A stretch of 64,000 nt of DNA from a virus (IMGVR_UViG_3300043411_001170:73688-137687); one strand, 5' to 3'. Shown: positions 9,646 to 19,794, counted from the stretch's first letter. Notes: generated by a model not told the origin, from the letters alone. A program made the numbers and translations.

Positions 9646-10407
9646 ATGCCAACTATAAAGACAACAACGAAGAATTTTAATGAATTACTTAAAGAAATAC
9701 CAGATACGGCTAAAAGAATAAAAGTTATAGATGTATTTGGAAATGAGGTATGGAAGAAGCCCGTTGATTTAATGCCTACAGATAAGATAAATCTAGACGG
9801 TCAAGTAGTATTTACAGAATTTGATAGGGCAGAAGAAGCGAAGAAAAAAGCTGCTGAAGCTAAAAAAGTCAAGGATGAGCCTAAGCCTGTAGAACCTTCT
9901 AAATCTTCATCTAAAACAGATGAAGAAAGTGAAGAGGTAAAGAAAATAAAAGATAAGATCAGTAGAAAAAAGAAATATATTCAGGAAGATAAACTTTATC
10001 AGATCATAAAGAAAAATCCAGATTCATTAGAAACTCTTCAGAATATTATGTTAGCATTTTCTGAAGAACAGTCATCCATAGACTTTGAGAAGAATTATTT
10101 AGAGGAGCAAGGGATCTCTGCATCAAAATTAGCGATGCAGAGAGTACGTATTTTACAGGCATTAGGTGAAACTTGGTTAAGCCATAAAGAGCTACTACTT
10201 CAAGAAAAGACTGGAATAGTAGACTTAAATAGTGACTCTTTTGGTAGATTATTTAAATTTATTGGTGAGACTTTTACAGATGTCATGTTGGAATGTGGTG
10301 TAGATCCACAAACTATTAAGATGATCACTGTAAAGACATCTAAACAAATCGATGAAACTTGGAAATCAAAAGCACTTCGTAAAATGCTTGGTGAAGATAA
10401 TAATTAA
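9646..10407 (+). CDS. Putative terminase small subunit
   Basis: Helical 253-aa protein directly upstream of TerL; call is positional. Confidence 0.45.
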   Translation: MPTIKTTTKNFNELLKEIPDTAKRIKVIDVFGNEVWKKPVDLMPTDKINLDGQVVFTEFDRAEEAKKKAAEAKKVKDEPKPVEPSKSSSKTDEESEEVKKIKDKISRKKKYIQEDKLYQIIKKNPDSLETLQNIMLAFSEEQSSIDFEKNYLEEQGISASKLAMQRVRILQALGETWLSHKELLLQEKTGIVDLNSDSFGRLFKFIGETFTDVMLECGVDPQTIKMITVKTSKQIDETWKSKALRKMLGEDNN

Positions 10408-10442
10408 CATATGTATTTATAAAGTGCTAAAAAGGTTAAAAT

Positions 10443-12251
10443 ATGGCTGTAGATTTATCGAATATAATGCTCAACATTGGTAGAGCAAGTAAATTTCAAA
10501 CACAACGATATACTATAATTGACTATATAGAGTCTGCTTGGGGTTTAGGCCGTACATTATTCCCTGTACAAAAAGCGATATTAAAAGCTTTTTATGGTCT
10601 TCCCTTGGAAAAAGTACAAAAGAATATACAAATCAGAACGTGGAGAGGGGAAGTAATAAGAAATGTAACTGAGATTGATTATTTTAAAATGCTCTATGAC
10701 GAGAGAAGATGTAATATAGAACATTTTGAGGAAGGAAAAGAAAGAAATCGTTTGATTCTGTCCATTGGTAGACGTTCAGGTAAGTCTACAATGGCATCTT
10801 GCATCATGTCTTATTCAGTGGACTATTTGTTGGGATTAGAAAATCCACAAAAATATTATGGATTGACAGATTCAAACGTTATTAAAGTTACAGCTGTTGC
10901 TACAGATAAAGATCAAGCTGCCATTCTATTTAAAGAAGCATCAGCCCACTTTGAATCCTGTCAGAGTTTTAGACCTTTTATAGCAAATGCTACTCAGAGC
11001 TTTGTTAACTTCCAAAGTCCAGAAGATATTAGGAAGTATGGATCTTATCAAGAAAATGGCGTAGGAAAGTCAACAATAGAAATCACTTTTAAATCCGCTG
11101 TTGCAAAGGGTTTACGTGGATCTGGTAACTTCGTTGTTGTATTAGATGAGATCGCACACTTTTCTGATAATTCAGGAACAGCATCTGGTCAAGCGGTTTA
11201 TGAAGCCGTCAGCTTTTCTCAAGCTGCTTTCACACCAAAAGTAGGTATAGAAGCAACTGGAGAACCTGAATATAAGATGGTTATGATTTCTTCTCCGTTA
11301 GGAAGAACGGGATTTTTCTTTGAACAATTTACATCAGGTTTCTCTGACGAATTTAAAAATGATACTTTATGTATTCAAGCACCTACTTGGGAAGTAAACC
11401 CTTCTGTTCCTACAACCTTCTTGGTTCAGAAATATAAAGAAGATCCCGTAGTCTTTATGACAGAATGCGGTGCTATATTTACAGATAAGACCCGTGGATT
11501 TATCTCAGACGATAAAGATCTCCATTTATGTATTGATGCAGCATTAAGACCTACATTTATGGGAAATGCAAGAAGAACTTATTTTTGTGGTATTGACTTA
11601 GCATTACAGAAAGACCCTTCAGCTATTTGTATCGGGCATCTTGAAGACGATCTTATTGTTGTTGACTTAGTAGAGAGTATCAAAGCAGGTGAAGGGGAAT
11701 ACGTAGATTTAGATAGATTGGAAGTAGATATAGTTGCTGATTGGGTTAAAGGAATATTAAAAAAATTCAGATTAAAGAAAGGTGTATTTGACTCTCACAT
11801 GGGGCCTCCGTTTGAAAAGGCTTTACATGATAGAGGACTGAGAGATTTGGAATGTAAACACTCTACACAAGCTTGGAACTCAGAAGTTTATAAGACATTT
11901 AAGCAGATGCTATTAGCTCGTAAGATTAAATTTTATAATTATCCCTTAAATGGACCACAAGAATTTTGTGACTATTTAACAGAAATAAAAGAACTACAAG
12001 AGACAAGAGTTTCTGAAAACGTAATTAAAGTAAGAGCACCTGAAATGCGTGGGAAACATGATGACCGTGCAGACGCTGTTGCTCGTATGGTATGGGTAGC
12101 ATCCGAATTTTATAAAGATGGAAATTTTACTTCAGGATTAACATCAGGAAACGACGCAAGAGTAGATAGAGGACTAGCCAATTACAGAAGGGGGGTAACT
12201 GGATTTGGAAGCTCTCCACTAAGACAAGTAAAGAAACCTTCCAGAAGGTAA
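10443..12251 (+). CDS. terL: Terminase large subunit
   Basis: LFPVQ adenine motif, Walker A IGRRSGKST, Walker B VVVLDE, motif III ISSP, RNase H-like nuclease GIDLA...FDSH...HDDRADA. Confidence 0.93.
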   Translation: MAVDLSNIMLNIGRASKFQTQRYTIIDYIESAWGLGRTLFPVQKAILKAFYGLPLEKVQKNIQIRTWRGEVIRNVTEIDYFKMLYDERRCNIEHFEEGKERNRLILSIGRRSGKSTMASCIMSYSVDYLLGLENPQKYYGLTDSNVIKVTAVATDKDQAAILFKEASAHFESCQSFRPFIANATQSFVNFQSPEDIRKYGSYQENGVGKSTIEITFKSAVAKGLRGSGNFVVVLDEIAHFSDNSGTASGQAVYEAVSFSQAAFTPKVGIEATGEPEYKMVMISSPLGRTGFFFEQFTSGFSDEFKNDTLCIQAPTWEVNPSVPTTFLVQKYKEDPVVFMTECGAIFTDKTRGFISDDKDLHLCIDAALRPTFMGNARRTYFCGIDLALQKDPSAICIGHLEDDLIVVDLVESIKAGEGEYVDLDRLEVDIVADWVKGILKKFRLKKGVFDSHMGPPFEKALHDRGLRDLECKHSTQAWNSEVYKTFKQMLLARKIKFYNYPLNGPQEFCDYLTEIKELQETRVSENVIKVRAPEMRGKHDDRADAVARMVWVASEFYKDGNFTSGLTSGNDARVDRGLANYRRGVTGFGSSPLRQVKKPSRR

Positions 12252-12254
12252 AAA

Positions 12255-12509
12255 ATGTTAGATAATATTCGATCAGACTATATTATAATGTTAAAAATGA
12301 TACGCTCCTCTTGCCCTAAACTTAAAGCAACTGACAAAGAACTCAATGGTCTTAGTGAGTTGTTCATGAGATTAGGAGGTTCTTGGGTACGTGTTTTTAA
12401 TGGATCTAACGAAGATTTATACTATTTGCGAAAATTAATCAAAAACTATAGTAAAGTAAAGGGAGCTTTTATTAAAGGCATTCGCAAAAAAAGAAGATCC
12501 AGGATTTAA
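12255..12509 (+). CDS. Small hypothetical protein
   Basis: 84 aa, starts 3 nt after terL. Confidence 0.6.
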   Translation: MLDNIRSDYIIMLKMIRSSCPKLKATDKELNGLSELFMRLGGSWVRVFNGSNEDLYYLRKLIKNYSKVKGAFIKGIRKKRRSRI

Positions 12510-12531
12510 TGATATTTTATAAGGTTTATAT

Positions 12532-12999
12532 ATGGCCATAGGAAAAATAGAAAAAGTAGCTAAAACATTAGGTATTCGTGGTTTTATAAGACCTAAAAAT
12601 ATTAAAGTTTTGGACGAGACTCAGTTATCCTTTTTTGATTCTTGTGTAAGACAATTAAAAGAATTAAATGCTCAGGTACTTATTAAAATAAGATCGTTAG
12701 ACAACTATACAAGAGATAAAAAGTACGAAGTATTAAGAAAAATAAATAAATTTGAAAATATTTTCCGTGGTGTCCGTAGTTATGTAGAGCATTATAATAA
12801 TGTAGAAAGTTCGCTAGAAGTTGTAAAGTCTATTAGTGCAAATTTTACAGAAATCTATAATTTATTAGAACAGTCTAAAAAGAAATTACTAGATATCCAG
12901 AAAACAGATATTATACTTTATAAGAAAATTGAAAAAGACATAGAAATTTTAAATAAAATAATTAAAGATACTAAAAAAATTGATGGTGAGGAGCGTTAA
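12532..12999 (+). CDS. Hypothetical helical protein
   Basis: 155 aa, AAGG SD, EKVAK near N-terminus. Confidence 0.6.
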   Translation: MAIGKIEKVAKTLGIRGFIRPKNIKVLDETQLSFFDSCVRQLKELNAQVLIKIRSLDNYTRDKKYEVLRKINKFENIFRGVRSYVEHYNNVESSLEVVKSISANFTEIYNLLEQSKKKLLDIQKTDIILYKKIEKDIEILNKIIKDTKKIDGEER

Positions 13000-13001
13000 T
13001 T

Positions 13002-14807
13002 ATGACAGTTTTACCTACAGGAACAGCGGGAGAAAGCAAGGTAGTTGCAACTATTAACGGTATAAGTAAAACTGCCAATACTAATGGTGTAGCTGGATCT
13101 GTTAGGGTAGGGAAGCCTGATAAAATATTAGAATCGAAGATGCATTCTAAATTTGCAACCATAGGAGCAGGTGGAGGAGGAAGTGGTTATGGTGGTATGT
13201 ATGGTGCTGGATTCGGAAATTTATCAGGATCAGTGTCTTGGGGTAATGCAATTAATCCATATAGCCCAGAACTATCTACTGACTTTTTAGAATTACCAAA
13301 CTCTCAGCAAGAATTAAGAAATACTTGTAGATTTTTCTACGATAATGATGCCATTGTCGGACAAGCCATTGACTCCTTAACTGATATACCTCTCTTAAAG
13401 GTAAGAGTAGGGATGCCAGAGGCTTTAAATGTAGAATTAGCGCGCAAAGCTATGAGATTTTGCGAGCGGTGGGTAAGATCCCAAAATTTATTAGAAAAAT
13501 TAATTTGGATATTACACGAAATTAACTTATTCGGTGAAGCTTTTATTTGGGTAGAAGATTCAGATAAAGAACTACCTCAAGATTTACTTTACGAAGAGAT
13601 TGAAGAAATTCGTGAAAACGGTGAAAAAGTAACAATTAGGAATTTAAAGAATAACGCCAACGAGCTTCACGTTTCTTGGTTAAGAAAAAATTATAAGGGA
13701 TGGACTAATCTTACTGTATTACCTCCTCACCAAGTAAGAATGGAATCTTTTCCTTTTACGAGAAGAAGTCAGTTTGAATTTATTCCTGACTCAAAAGCAA
13801 GAAATGTAGTGTCATTAGCTGAAAGCGGAGATACTTATGCCTCCAGAGTAGTTAATGATATGCCGAGAGAAATAGTAGAGTCCATAAGAAGTGGTAGGAA
13901 CATACCTCTCAATACAGACCCTGATGCTGGGTCTTTCTGCTTTTATATGGCAAGAAAAAGAAGTGCCTATGCAGAAAGAGGAAAGTCAATAATCCAAAGA
14001 ATTATTCGTCCTCTTACACATAGAGACAAATTAAGACAGGCTCAAGCATCTATTGCTTCAAGACATATGACTCCTATGCGTGTTATTCAAGCAGAAGGAG
14101 CAAGTGATGCTGACTTAGATGTATTGAGAGAACACGTAGATCATGCTTTGTCTGATCCCGATTTTACAATTATTGTAAACTATGTAATAAATTGGGAGGA
14201 AATGAATTCAAATGGAAGACTCCTAGATTTGGATTCTGAATATACGATGGCAGAAAGGCAGATGTACATTGGTCTGGGTGTTACTGAGTCTTTATTAAAT
14301 GGAGAATCTTCTTATCAAGAAAATAGTCTGTCCACACAATTATTATCTGCTAAATTTATGCATGTTCGGATGATGCTACAACACTTTGTAGAGCAGTATA
14401 TCTTTCGTCCTATGTGTGCTCGTATGGGATTTATTGAAGAAGATGAGGATGGACAAGAACATATTATCACACCAACACTTATGTTTAATCGTATGACTTG
14501 GAGAGATTCTCCTGATACAGCACAACAATTAATCACGTTATTTGAACGTGGTGCAGTAGATATTGACACCATACATGAATATTTCAATCTCGATACTCAA
14601 ACAACGGTAGAGAGAATGAATAATAATATGTATACAATAAAAGATCCGTTCTTAGCTGAAGCATTGAGATCAATGGCATCTTCTATTGGATCTGTCATGG
14701 CCGAAAAGACAAATGCTTTGGATAAATACTCTAAAGCAGCCCTATTGTCTATTCTTGCTGATAGCGTAGATCCACGATTTGCCCCACCACCGGGCGGCGG
14801 TCTATAA
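13002..14807 (+). CDS. Portal protein
   Basis: 601 aa between TerL and protease; portal-like segments 'FFYDNDAIVGQAID', 'EINLFGEAFIW', 'RGKSII', 'GLGVTESLLNGE'. Confidence 0.8.
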   Translation: MTVLPTGTAGESKVVATINGISKTANTNGVAGSVRVGKPDKILESKMHSKFATIGAGGGGSGYGGMYGAGFGNLSGSVSWGNAINPYSPELSTDFLELPNSQQELRNTCRFFYDNDAIVGQAIDSLTDIPLLKVRVGMPEALNVELARKAMRFCERWVRSQNLLEKLIWILHEINLFGEAFIWVEDSDKELPQDLLYEEIEEIRENGEKVTIRNLKNNANELHVSWLRKNYKGWTNLTVLPPHQVRMESFPFTRRSQFEFIPDSKARNVVSLAESGDTYASRVVNDMPREIVESIRSGRNIPLNTDPDAGSFCFYMARKRSAYAERGKSIIQRIIRPLTHRDKLRQAQASIASRHMTPMRVIQAEGASDADLDVLREHVDHALSDPDFTIIVNYVINWEEMNSNGRLLDLDSEYTMAERQMYIGLGVTESLLNGESSYQENSLSTQLLSAKFMHVRMMLQHFVEQYIFRPMCARMGFIEEDEDGQEHIITPTLMFNRMTWRDSPDTAQQLITLFERGAVDIDTIHEYFNLDTQTTVERMNNNMYTIKDPFLAEALRSMASSIGSVMAEKTNALDKYSKAALLSILADSVDPRFAPPPGGGL

Positions 14808-14897
14808 AAATAATGCGCTATTAGCTCTATAATACTTTAATATAGATACTATCTATTGTGAGATACCTTTATATTCAGCATCTAATGGTACTAAACT

Positions 14898-16325
14898 ATG
14901 ATTATTAAAAGAGCTAGAGCGAAGGGGTTTTCGCCCGACGTACAAATAAAAAAATGGTCAGGAATCCCAAATGTAAAAACAGCTTCTGTTTCTACGAAGG
15001 ATATTACTAGACAAGCCTCTGAGATTTTAAATGATTACTGTGATCCAGAGAATTATTTATTCTCGCACGTCACTGTAGTCTGTTCTGTAGATACTAATCC
15101 TATGGATGTTCAGATTGGCCCCAATGTCGTAAATGAAGGGCTAGTTATAAATCGTAAGTATAAAGAATACGATATCCAAGCTAACTGTCAGAAATTTATA
15201 AATAATAATAAAGATGCATGGGAACGAGATCTCCTATTACAATGCTATAAAACATTCGTTGGTGCCCATAATTTCTGCGAGCACCTGCAAATTGAAGAAC
15301 AAAGCAAGGGTAAAATCGTAGATGCAGTAGCCAGAGATATCGGTGAAAGTGTTTATGTAGATATTTTAATTGCTACAGCGAAAAAACATACAGAACTTAT
15401 TAAAGCTATCAAAGAAAGAAGAATTAATGCTGTCTCTATGGGATGCTCTGTATTAGAGACACAGTGTACAAAGTGTGGAAATACATCTCCTGATGAAGCC
15501 CATATGTGCCGACACATCACAATGATGAAAGGCCAGAAGTTTGAGGGTCCAGATGGAAAGGAGAGAATGATAGCTGAACTGTGTGGAAATAAGGCTATGG
15601 AGCCACATGGGGGAGTTAGATTTATAGAAGCATCTTGGGTAAAGGTTCCTGCATTTAAGGGTGCAGTTCTTCGTAATATTATAGATCTGTCAGAAATTAA
15701 TGGAGACAGATTAAAGAAAGTAGCATCTGATTTAAAAATGTTGAAAAATCCGACATGGAATCCCGCAGATACTTCTAGAATTGTTAACTCATTAGTTTTG
15801 AATGGTATGATGAAATTAGCAGCAGCAGAGGATGAAGGTTTTTCACCTGCACAAACAGAAATTTCGGATGGTGAAGAAAATCCATTGGAATCATTAGAAA
15901 GAGAAATGATGAAGGTCGTTATTAAGAATGTAAAGTCAAAATTAATGGATGTTTTAAGTCCTCCAAAAGATACAAATTATTCTACTCTCGTCACTCCAAT
16001 GGGGAGTAATAATAATATCGTAAGAGTAGGATCTGAGATAGATGAATTAGAGTCATTGTATAATTCTGGATTATCAGCCATCACAAATTTATGCAAAACA
16101 AATAAATCTAGAATCAGATACTCTAAAATCTACAATGACTATTTCGGAATACATATTCCAAAATGGATTTATGTTGCTTGTAATAAGCTGGGACCGTTAG
16201 TTCGTTATACAAGTCCTATGTCATATATCTCAGTATGCGAAAAAGTATTAAATAGGAGACTATCAATAGATGAAATTGATGCCCTGTTAAAAATATCGTC
16301 TATTCTTCGGGAAGACATCTATTAA
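14898..16325 (+). CDS. Prohead (capsid maturation) protease with inserted Cys/His cluster
   Basis: Follows portal; NNNKDAW...NFCEH...KGKIVDA...VSMG...FIEASWVKVPA matches the assemblin/HK97-type protease layout; CTKC...CRH...C insert. Confidence 0.7.
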   Translation: MIIKRARAKGFSPDVQIKKWSGIPNVKTASVSTKDITRQASEILNDYCDPENYLFSHVTVVCSVDTNPMDVQIGPNVVNEGLVINRKYKEYDIQANCQKFINNNKDAWERDLLLQCYKTFVGAHNFCEHLQIEEQSKGKIVDAVARDIGESVYVDILIATAKKHTELIKAIKERRINAVSMGCSVLETQCTKCGNTSPDEAHMCRHITMMKGQKFEGPDGKERMIAELCGNKAMEPHGGVRFIEASWVKVPAFKGAVLRNIIDLSEINGDRLKKVASDLKMLKNPTWNPADTSRIVNSLVLNGMMKLAAAEDEGFSPAQTEISDGEENPLESLEREMMKVVIKNVKSKLMDVLSPPKDTNYSTLVTPMGSNNNIVRVGSEIDELESLYNSGLSAITNLCKTNKSRIRYSKIYNDYFGIHIPKWIYVACNKLGPLVRYTSPMSYISVCEKVLNRRLSIDEIDALLKISSILREDIY

Positions 16326-16406
16326 TTTAATTAAGAGTTTAATATTTTGAGATTACTGAGGTCTACTTTTTAGTTTTATTACAAATTTCAGTTAGAGGTA
16401 TACAAA

Positions 16407-17648
16407 ATGTCGAATCCTAAGTTAGTCGCAATTCTAAAAAGAGCAGCTTTTTTGCACAAGGCTGCCAAGAGCATTTTAGGTGGTGATTCCGCAGAGAGAG
16501 ATGAAGTTAAGGATCTTGCTTATCGTCTATGGGAAGTTCCTAATGTTAAAATTGCATCTCTTGTAAAGAAAGCTTCTGAAATTAACGCAGAGGATTATGA
16601 AGATGAGGACGAAGATGAAGAAGCCTGTGGCTTGATGGCATCGGATGACGAGGATGAGGATTTCTTTGCCTCTGATGATGAAGATGATGACATGTTTGCA
16701 GGTGATGACAGTGAAGAGGATTGTGAAGATGATGAAGAAGACTGTGAGGACGATGAAGATACGGAAGCACTTGATGTTTATTCTATGCTAGACGAATTGG
16801 AAAATATGGATGAAGACGAACTATGTGCTTTATTGGAAGAAGAATTAGAGGCAGGTGATGACCGTTGTGCATCTGATGATGAAGATGAAGAGGATGATGA
16901 GGAAGAAGATAGTGAAGACGAAGAAGAGGAAGAAGACGAGGATGATAGTGAAGAAGATGAAGAGGAAGTAGATGAAGAGGAAGTAGATGAGGAAGAGGTT
17001 GACGAAGAAGATGAAGAAGATGAAAGCTCTAAAGAAGCATCTGAAGAAGAGATTTTCTCAAGAATTAGCTCTGATGACAGAGATATTTTATCTTTTATGG
17101 ACCATGAAGATGTAGATGCTTTTGCAGAAGGTGAGCCTGATGAAGAGTTAGAACAGGCGTTAGCTTCTGGTTGTGGATCTAGAAATAAGAAAGCTTCCCA
17201 AGAAGATGATTTATTTTTCGATGAAGAACAATTAGAAAAGGATATTACGTCATCCATTTCTAAGAAAGCTTCTCAAGAGACAGCAGAAAATCAATTCCAC
17301 TTTGATAGTTCTTATGAAGGTCAAGATTTCTATGGTGCTGAAAGTAACTCCATGATTGATGACTTTTTAAATGGGGATTTAGAAACAAAGATGGAAGTTC
17401 GTTCTGCAATTAATAAATCAGCAAGTCAAAAAGATTATGTTGCCGAGTCTCCTATTACAATGGACGGTGTAGATGATCCTATGGCACCTATTGCTGTCAC
17501 TGAAAGACCTCGTGTTAAGAAAGCTAGTGCAGGTGCAAAAAGTTTAGGAACTGTATTCTCTGGTTCGTCCGAACAAGAAGAAATTAAAATGTTAGAGAAA
17601 CTATGGACCAAAAAACCTGATATTACCAAGCTAATCAATGGTGATTAA
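16407..17648 (+). CDS. Acidic scaffolding/core protein
   Basis: Extremely D/E-rich 413-aa protein between protease and capsid genes; many KxAS sites. Confidence 0.65.
   Translation: MSNPKLVAILKRAAFLHKAAKSILGGDSAERDEVKDLAYRLWEVPNVKIASLVKKASEINAEDYEDEDEDEEACGLMASDDEDEDFFASDDEDDDMFAGDDSEEDCEDDEEDCEDDEDTEALDVYSMLDELENMDEDELCALLEEELEAGDDRCASDDEDEEDDEEEDSEDEEEEEDEDDSEEDEEEVDEEEVDEEEVDEEDEEDESSKEASEEEIFSRISSDDRDILSFMDHEDVDAFAEGEPDEELEQALASGCGSRNKKASQEDDLFFDEEQLEKDITSSISKKASQETAENQFHFDSSYEGQDFYGAESNSMIDDFLNGDLETKMEVRSAINKSASQKDYVAESPITMDGVDDPMAPIAVTERPRVKKASAGAKSLGTVFSGSSEQEEIKMLEKLWTKKPDITKLINGD
16959..17003 (+). repeat. 15-bp tandem repeat x3 (EEEVD)
   Basis: gaagaggaagtagat twice, then gaggaagaggttgac. 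Confidence 0.8.
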
Positions 17649-17698
17649 TCGATATTAGGTGTAAAAATTAGGTTCTTAGGACATTATTAATAATTGAG

Positions 17699-17735
17699 AA
17701 AGGGAAGGCTAAAAACCTTCCCTTTTTTATTTTTT
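17699..17735 (+). terminator. Intrinsic terminator after scaffold gene
   Basis: AAAGGGAAGG-ctaaaaa-CCTTCCCTTT followed by a T run. Confidence 0.8.
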
Positions 17736-17984
17736 ACACTTGGAAGCAAATATTTTTTGCAAAAACCCGAAAAAAGGCCATTTTTTCGTTTTATATTTTT
17801 TATAAAACATAAACAATAGAAGATTCAGTTTTGTATTTTATAATATAAAACCAAAACAAGGATCAGGTCAATACTTTTTGAATAATAATATTAATTTGGT
17901 TCTACTGATTTTCTGCATAAACAATGGGCACGGGTTGCCTGGACAGTGTAGAAATGAAAGTTTTATCATATTAGAGGTTAAAAA

Positions 17985-18671
17985 ATGCCAGCACCAGGAA
18001 ATGCAAGTGGTAACTTCACCGAAGGCTCATCTGCCCTTCGCGTTCTCTATAAGGGAACAATCAATACTGCAAGTGCAACTTTAAGCACAGATGGTTTTAC
18101 ACAAACAAATCCTCCAGTCGTAACAACTACTTCCACCATCTCCCAAGCTGCGATGATGAATCGTAATCGTCTTGGTGTATTGGGTGGTTCGGTTTGCTTT
18201 GCTCGTCCTGATGCAGGAAACGGCTTAGTAGGCGGTCCAAAAGAAGGTGCATCTCCTGTGTATCTTCGTTCGGGTATCGTCCCCCTTGGTCTTTTCGTGA
18301 ATGATGCAGTAGGCGTTCCCTACGAAAACCGTCCTGCGGTTGCATCAGGTCAAGCACCCTATACCTCTTCGATGGGTACATACGGTTCTCGTTTATACGA
18401 GACTCAAGTACTCGATGCAACAAACGTAGCTGGTCACTCAACTGGTGACGCTATTGTTTATGTTGCTGGTGTAGGCTTGATTGCTTCTCGTAACGGTTAT
18501 TTGATGCCTCGTTTGATTCCAAACGGTGCCAACATGACCTCTCTCGACCAAGTTGAAACTGCTGCACAGTCTGCAAATCTTGCTGCTGCAAACAGTTCAA
18601 CTGTGATCGGTATCCTCAAACTTGTTGCTGACTCTGCATTTGCAGAAATCCTCTTGGACCAACGTATCTAA
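17985..18671 (+). CDS. Capsid decoration/cement protein
   Basis: 228 aa directly upstream of MCP; 'PLGLFVNDAVG..YEN..AVASG..PY' decoration-like pattern; same high-expression codon bias as MCP. Confidence 0.65.
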   Translation: MPAPGNASGNFTEGSSALRVLYKGTINTASATLSTDGFTQTNPPVVTTTSTISQAAMMNRNRLGVLGGSVCFARPDAGNGLVGGPKEGASPVYLRSGIVPLGLFVNDAVGVPYENRPAVASGQAPYTSSMGTYGSRLYETQVLDATNVAGHSTGDAIVYVAGVGLIASRNGYLMPRLIPNGANMTSLDQVETAAQSANLAAANSSTVIGILKLVADSAFAEILLDQRI

Positions 18672-18748
18672 TTAATTGTGATTAGAACATTTAACCAAGT
18701 AAACTAGTTATAAAGCAACTTAAAGAGATATAAGAGGTAAATATAGTC

Positions 18749-19630
18749 ATGGCACCAAATAATATCAGTACAGCATCAAAAGATCGTCTCCTCGGAGAAT
18801 ATCTTTACACTTCTCAGGGTCGTCAAAAAGTCGCTCAAAGCATGGGCACTTCTTTGCGTACCCAACGCGATTACACCTCCGTTGCACGTCGTGCCTTCTT
18901 AGTTGAGCAATTGCCTTCTGGTGCATTGCCCATCTACGACAAAGATCCCGATGTCACTGCCTATGTGGTTGGTGAAGAAGGCGATTCTATCGAAGCACGT
19001 GCCAAGAGCCGTCGTGTTCACTTCCCCATCTTTGAGATCGCAAGCGTTCCCGAAGTTTCGCTCTCTCAAGTACAAGAAAGACGTTATGACATCATCGAAA
19101 GATGCCAAACTCTTGCTGTAAGTGAGATCCAAGGAGCCGAAGACATTCGCGCTTTCGCAATCATGGACGCCATCGCCCTTCTTGGCTATGACTCCATTCC
19201 TGGTGGTGAAAACCCCGACATCCCCGTCGTTGCACCTATTAACGTATCGGTTCTTGCTGATGCGTTCGGTCAAATTGGCCGCTTTGAATTGAACGTCACC
19301 AATATCTTTATCAATCCTCGCGATTTTACAGATATTCGTAAGTTCGGTGAAGATTTCTTCTCTGACGAAATTCAGAGAGACATCGTTCGCTCTGGTCAAA
19401 TCGGTAGCATCTGGGGTGCCAAGGTTATCCAATCCCGTAAGGTTCCTGAAGGTACTTGCTATCTTACTTGCGAACCTGAGTTCTTTGGTCGTATCCCCGT
19501 CCGTACTGAATTGACAGTTATGGCCGCTGATACTCCTAAGTCCCGTATGGTTGGCTTCTCTTGCTTTGAAATGTTGGGAATCGGTGCTTACAACCCCCGT
19601 GGTTTAACCCGTATCACCATCAGCCGCTAA
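18749..19630 (+). CDS. Major capsid protein (compact HK97 fold)
   Basis: Position after protease, scaffold and decoration gene; HK97-like elements 'AYVVGEEG', 'IFINPRDFTDI', 'GSIWGAKVIQSRKVPEG', 'GAYNPRGL'; strongest codon bias in the window; strong terminator downstream. Confidence 0.85.
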   Translation: MAPNNISTASKDRLLGEYLYTSQGRQKVAQSMGTSLRTQRDYTSVARRAFLVEQLPSGALPIYDKDPDVTAYVVGEEGDSIEARAKSRRVHFPIFEIASVPEVSLSQVQERRYDIIERCQTLAVSEIQGAEDIRAFAIMDAIALLGYDSIPGGENPDIPVVAPINVSVLADAFGQIGRFELNVTNIFINPRDFTDIRKFGEDFFSDEIQRDIVRSGQIGSIWGAKVIQSRKVPEGTCYLTCEPEFFGRIPVRTELTVMAADTPKSRMVGFSCFEMLGIGAYNPRGLTRITISR

Positions 19631-19640
19631 TTCGTTGTAG

Positions 19641-19662
19641 CCTAGAATCTCAAGATTCTAGG
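19641..19662 (+). other. Hairpin directly 3' of MCP
   Basis: CCTAGAATCT-CA-AGATTCTAGG. Confidence 0.6.
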
Positions 19663-19705
19663 ATACTAAATCTAGCAGATAGATAGTCAAATACGAAGAG
19701 TTTAA

Positions 19706-19748
19706 AAAATACCGAAGATTCCGAAAGGATCTTCGGTATTTTATTTTT
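19706..19748 (+). terminator. Intrinsic terminator after MCP
   Basis: AAAATACCGAAGAT(T)CC-GAAA-GGATCTTCGGTATTTT, GNRA loop, T tail. Confidence 0.85.
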
Positions 19749-19794
19749 GGCGTCCTGAAAAGGATATAAACCAAAAATAAAAGGGAACCATATT

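Noticed and set aside
10443-14807. Inteins or introns in terminase or portal
   Set aside because: Lengths are normal and no intein C/HN splice motifs or LAGLIDADG blocks are visible.
17878-18084. 68-aa ORF overlapping the decoration gene start
   Set aside because: TTG start without SD; spans the structured leader and overlaps a well-supported gene out of frame.
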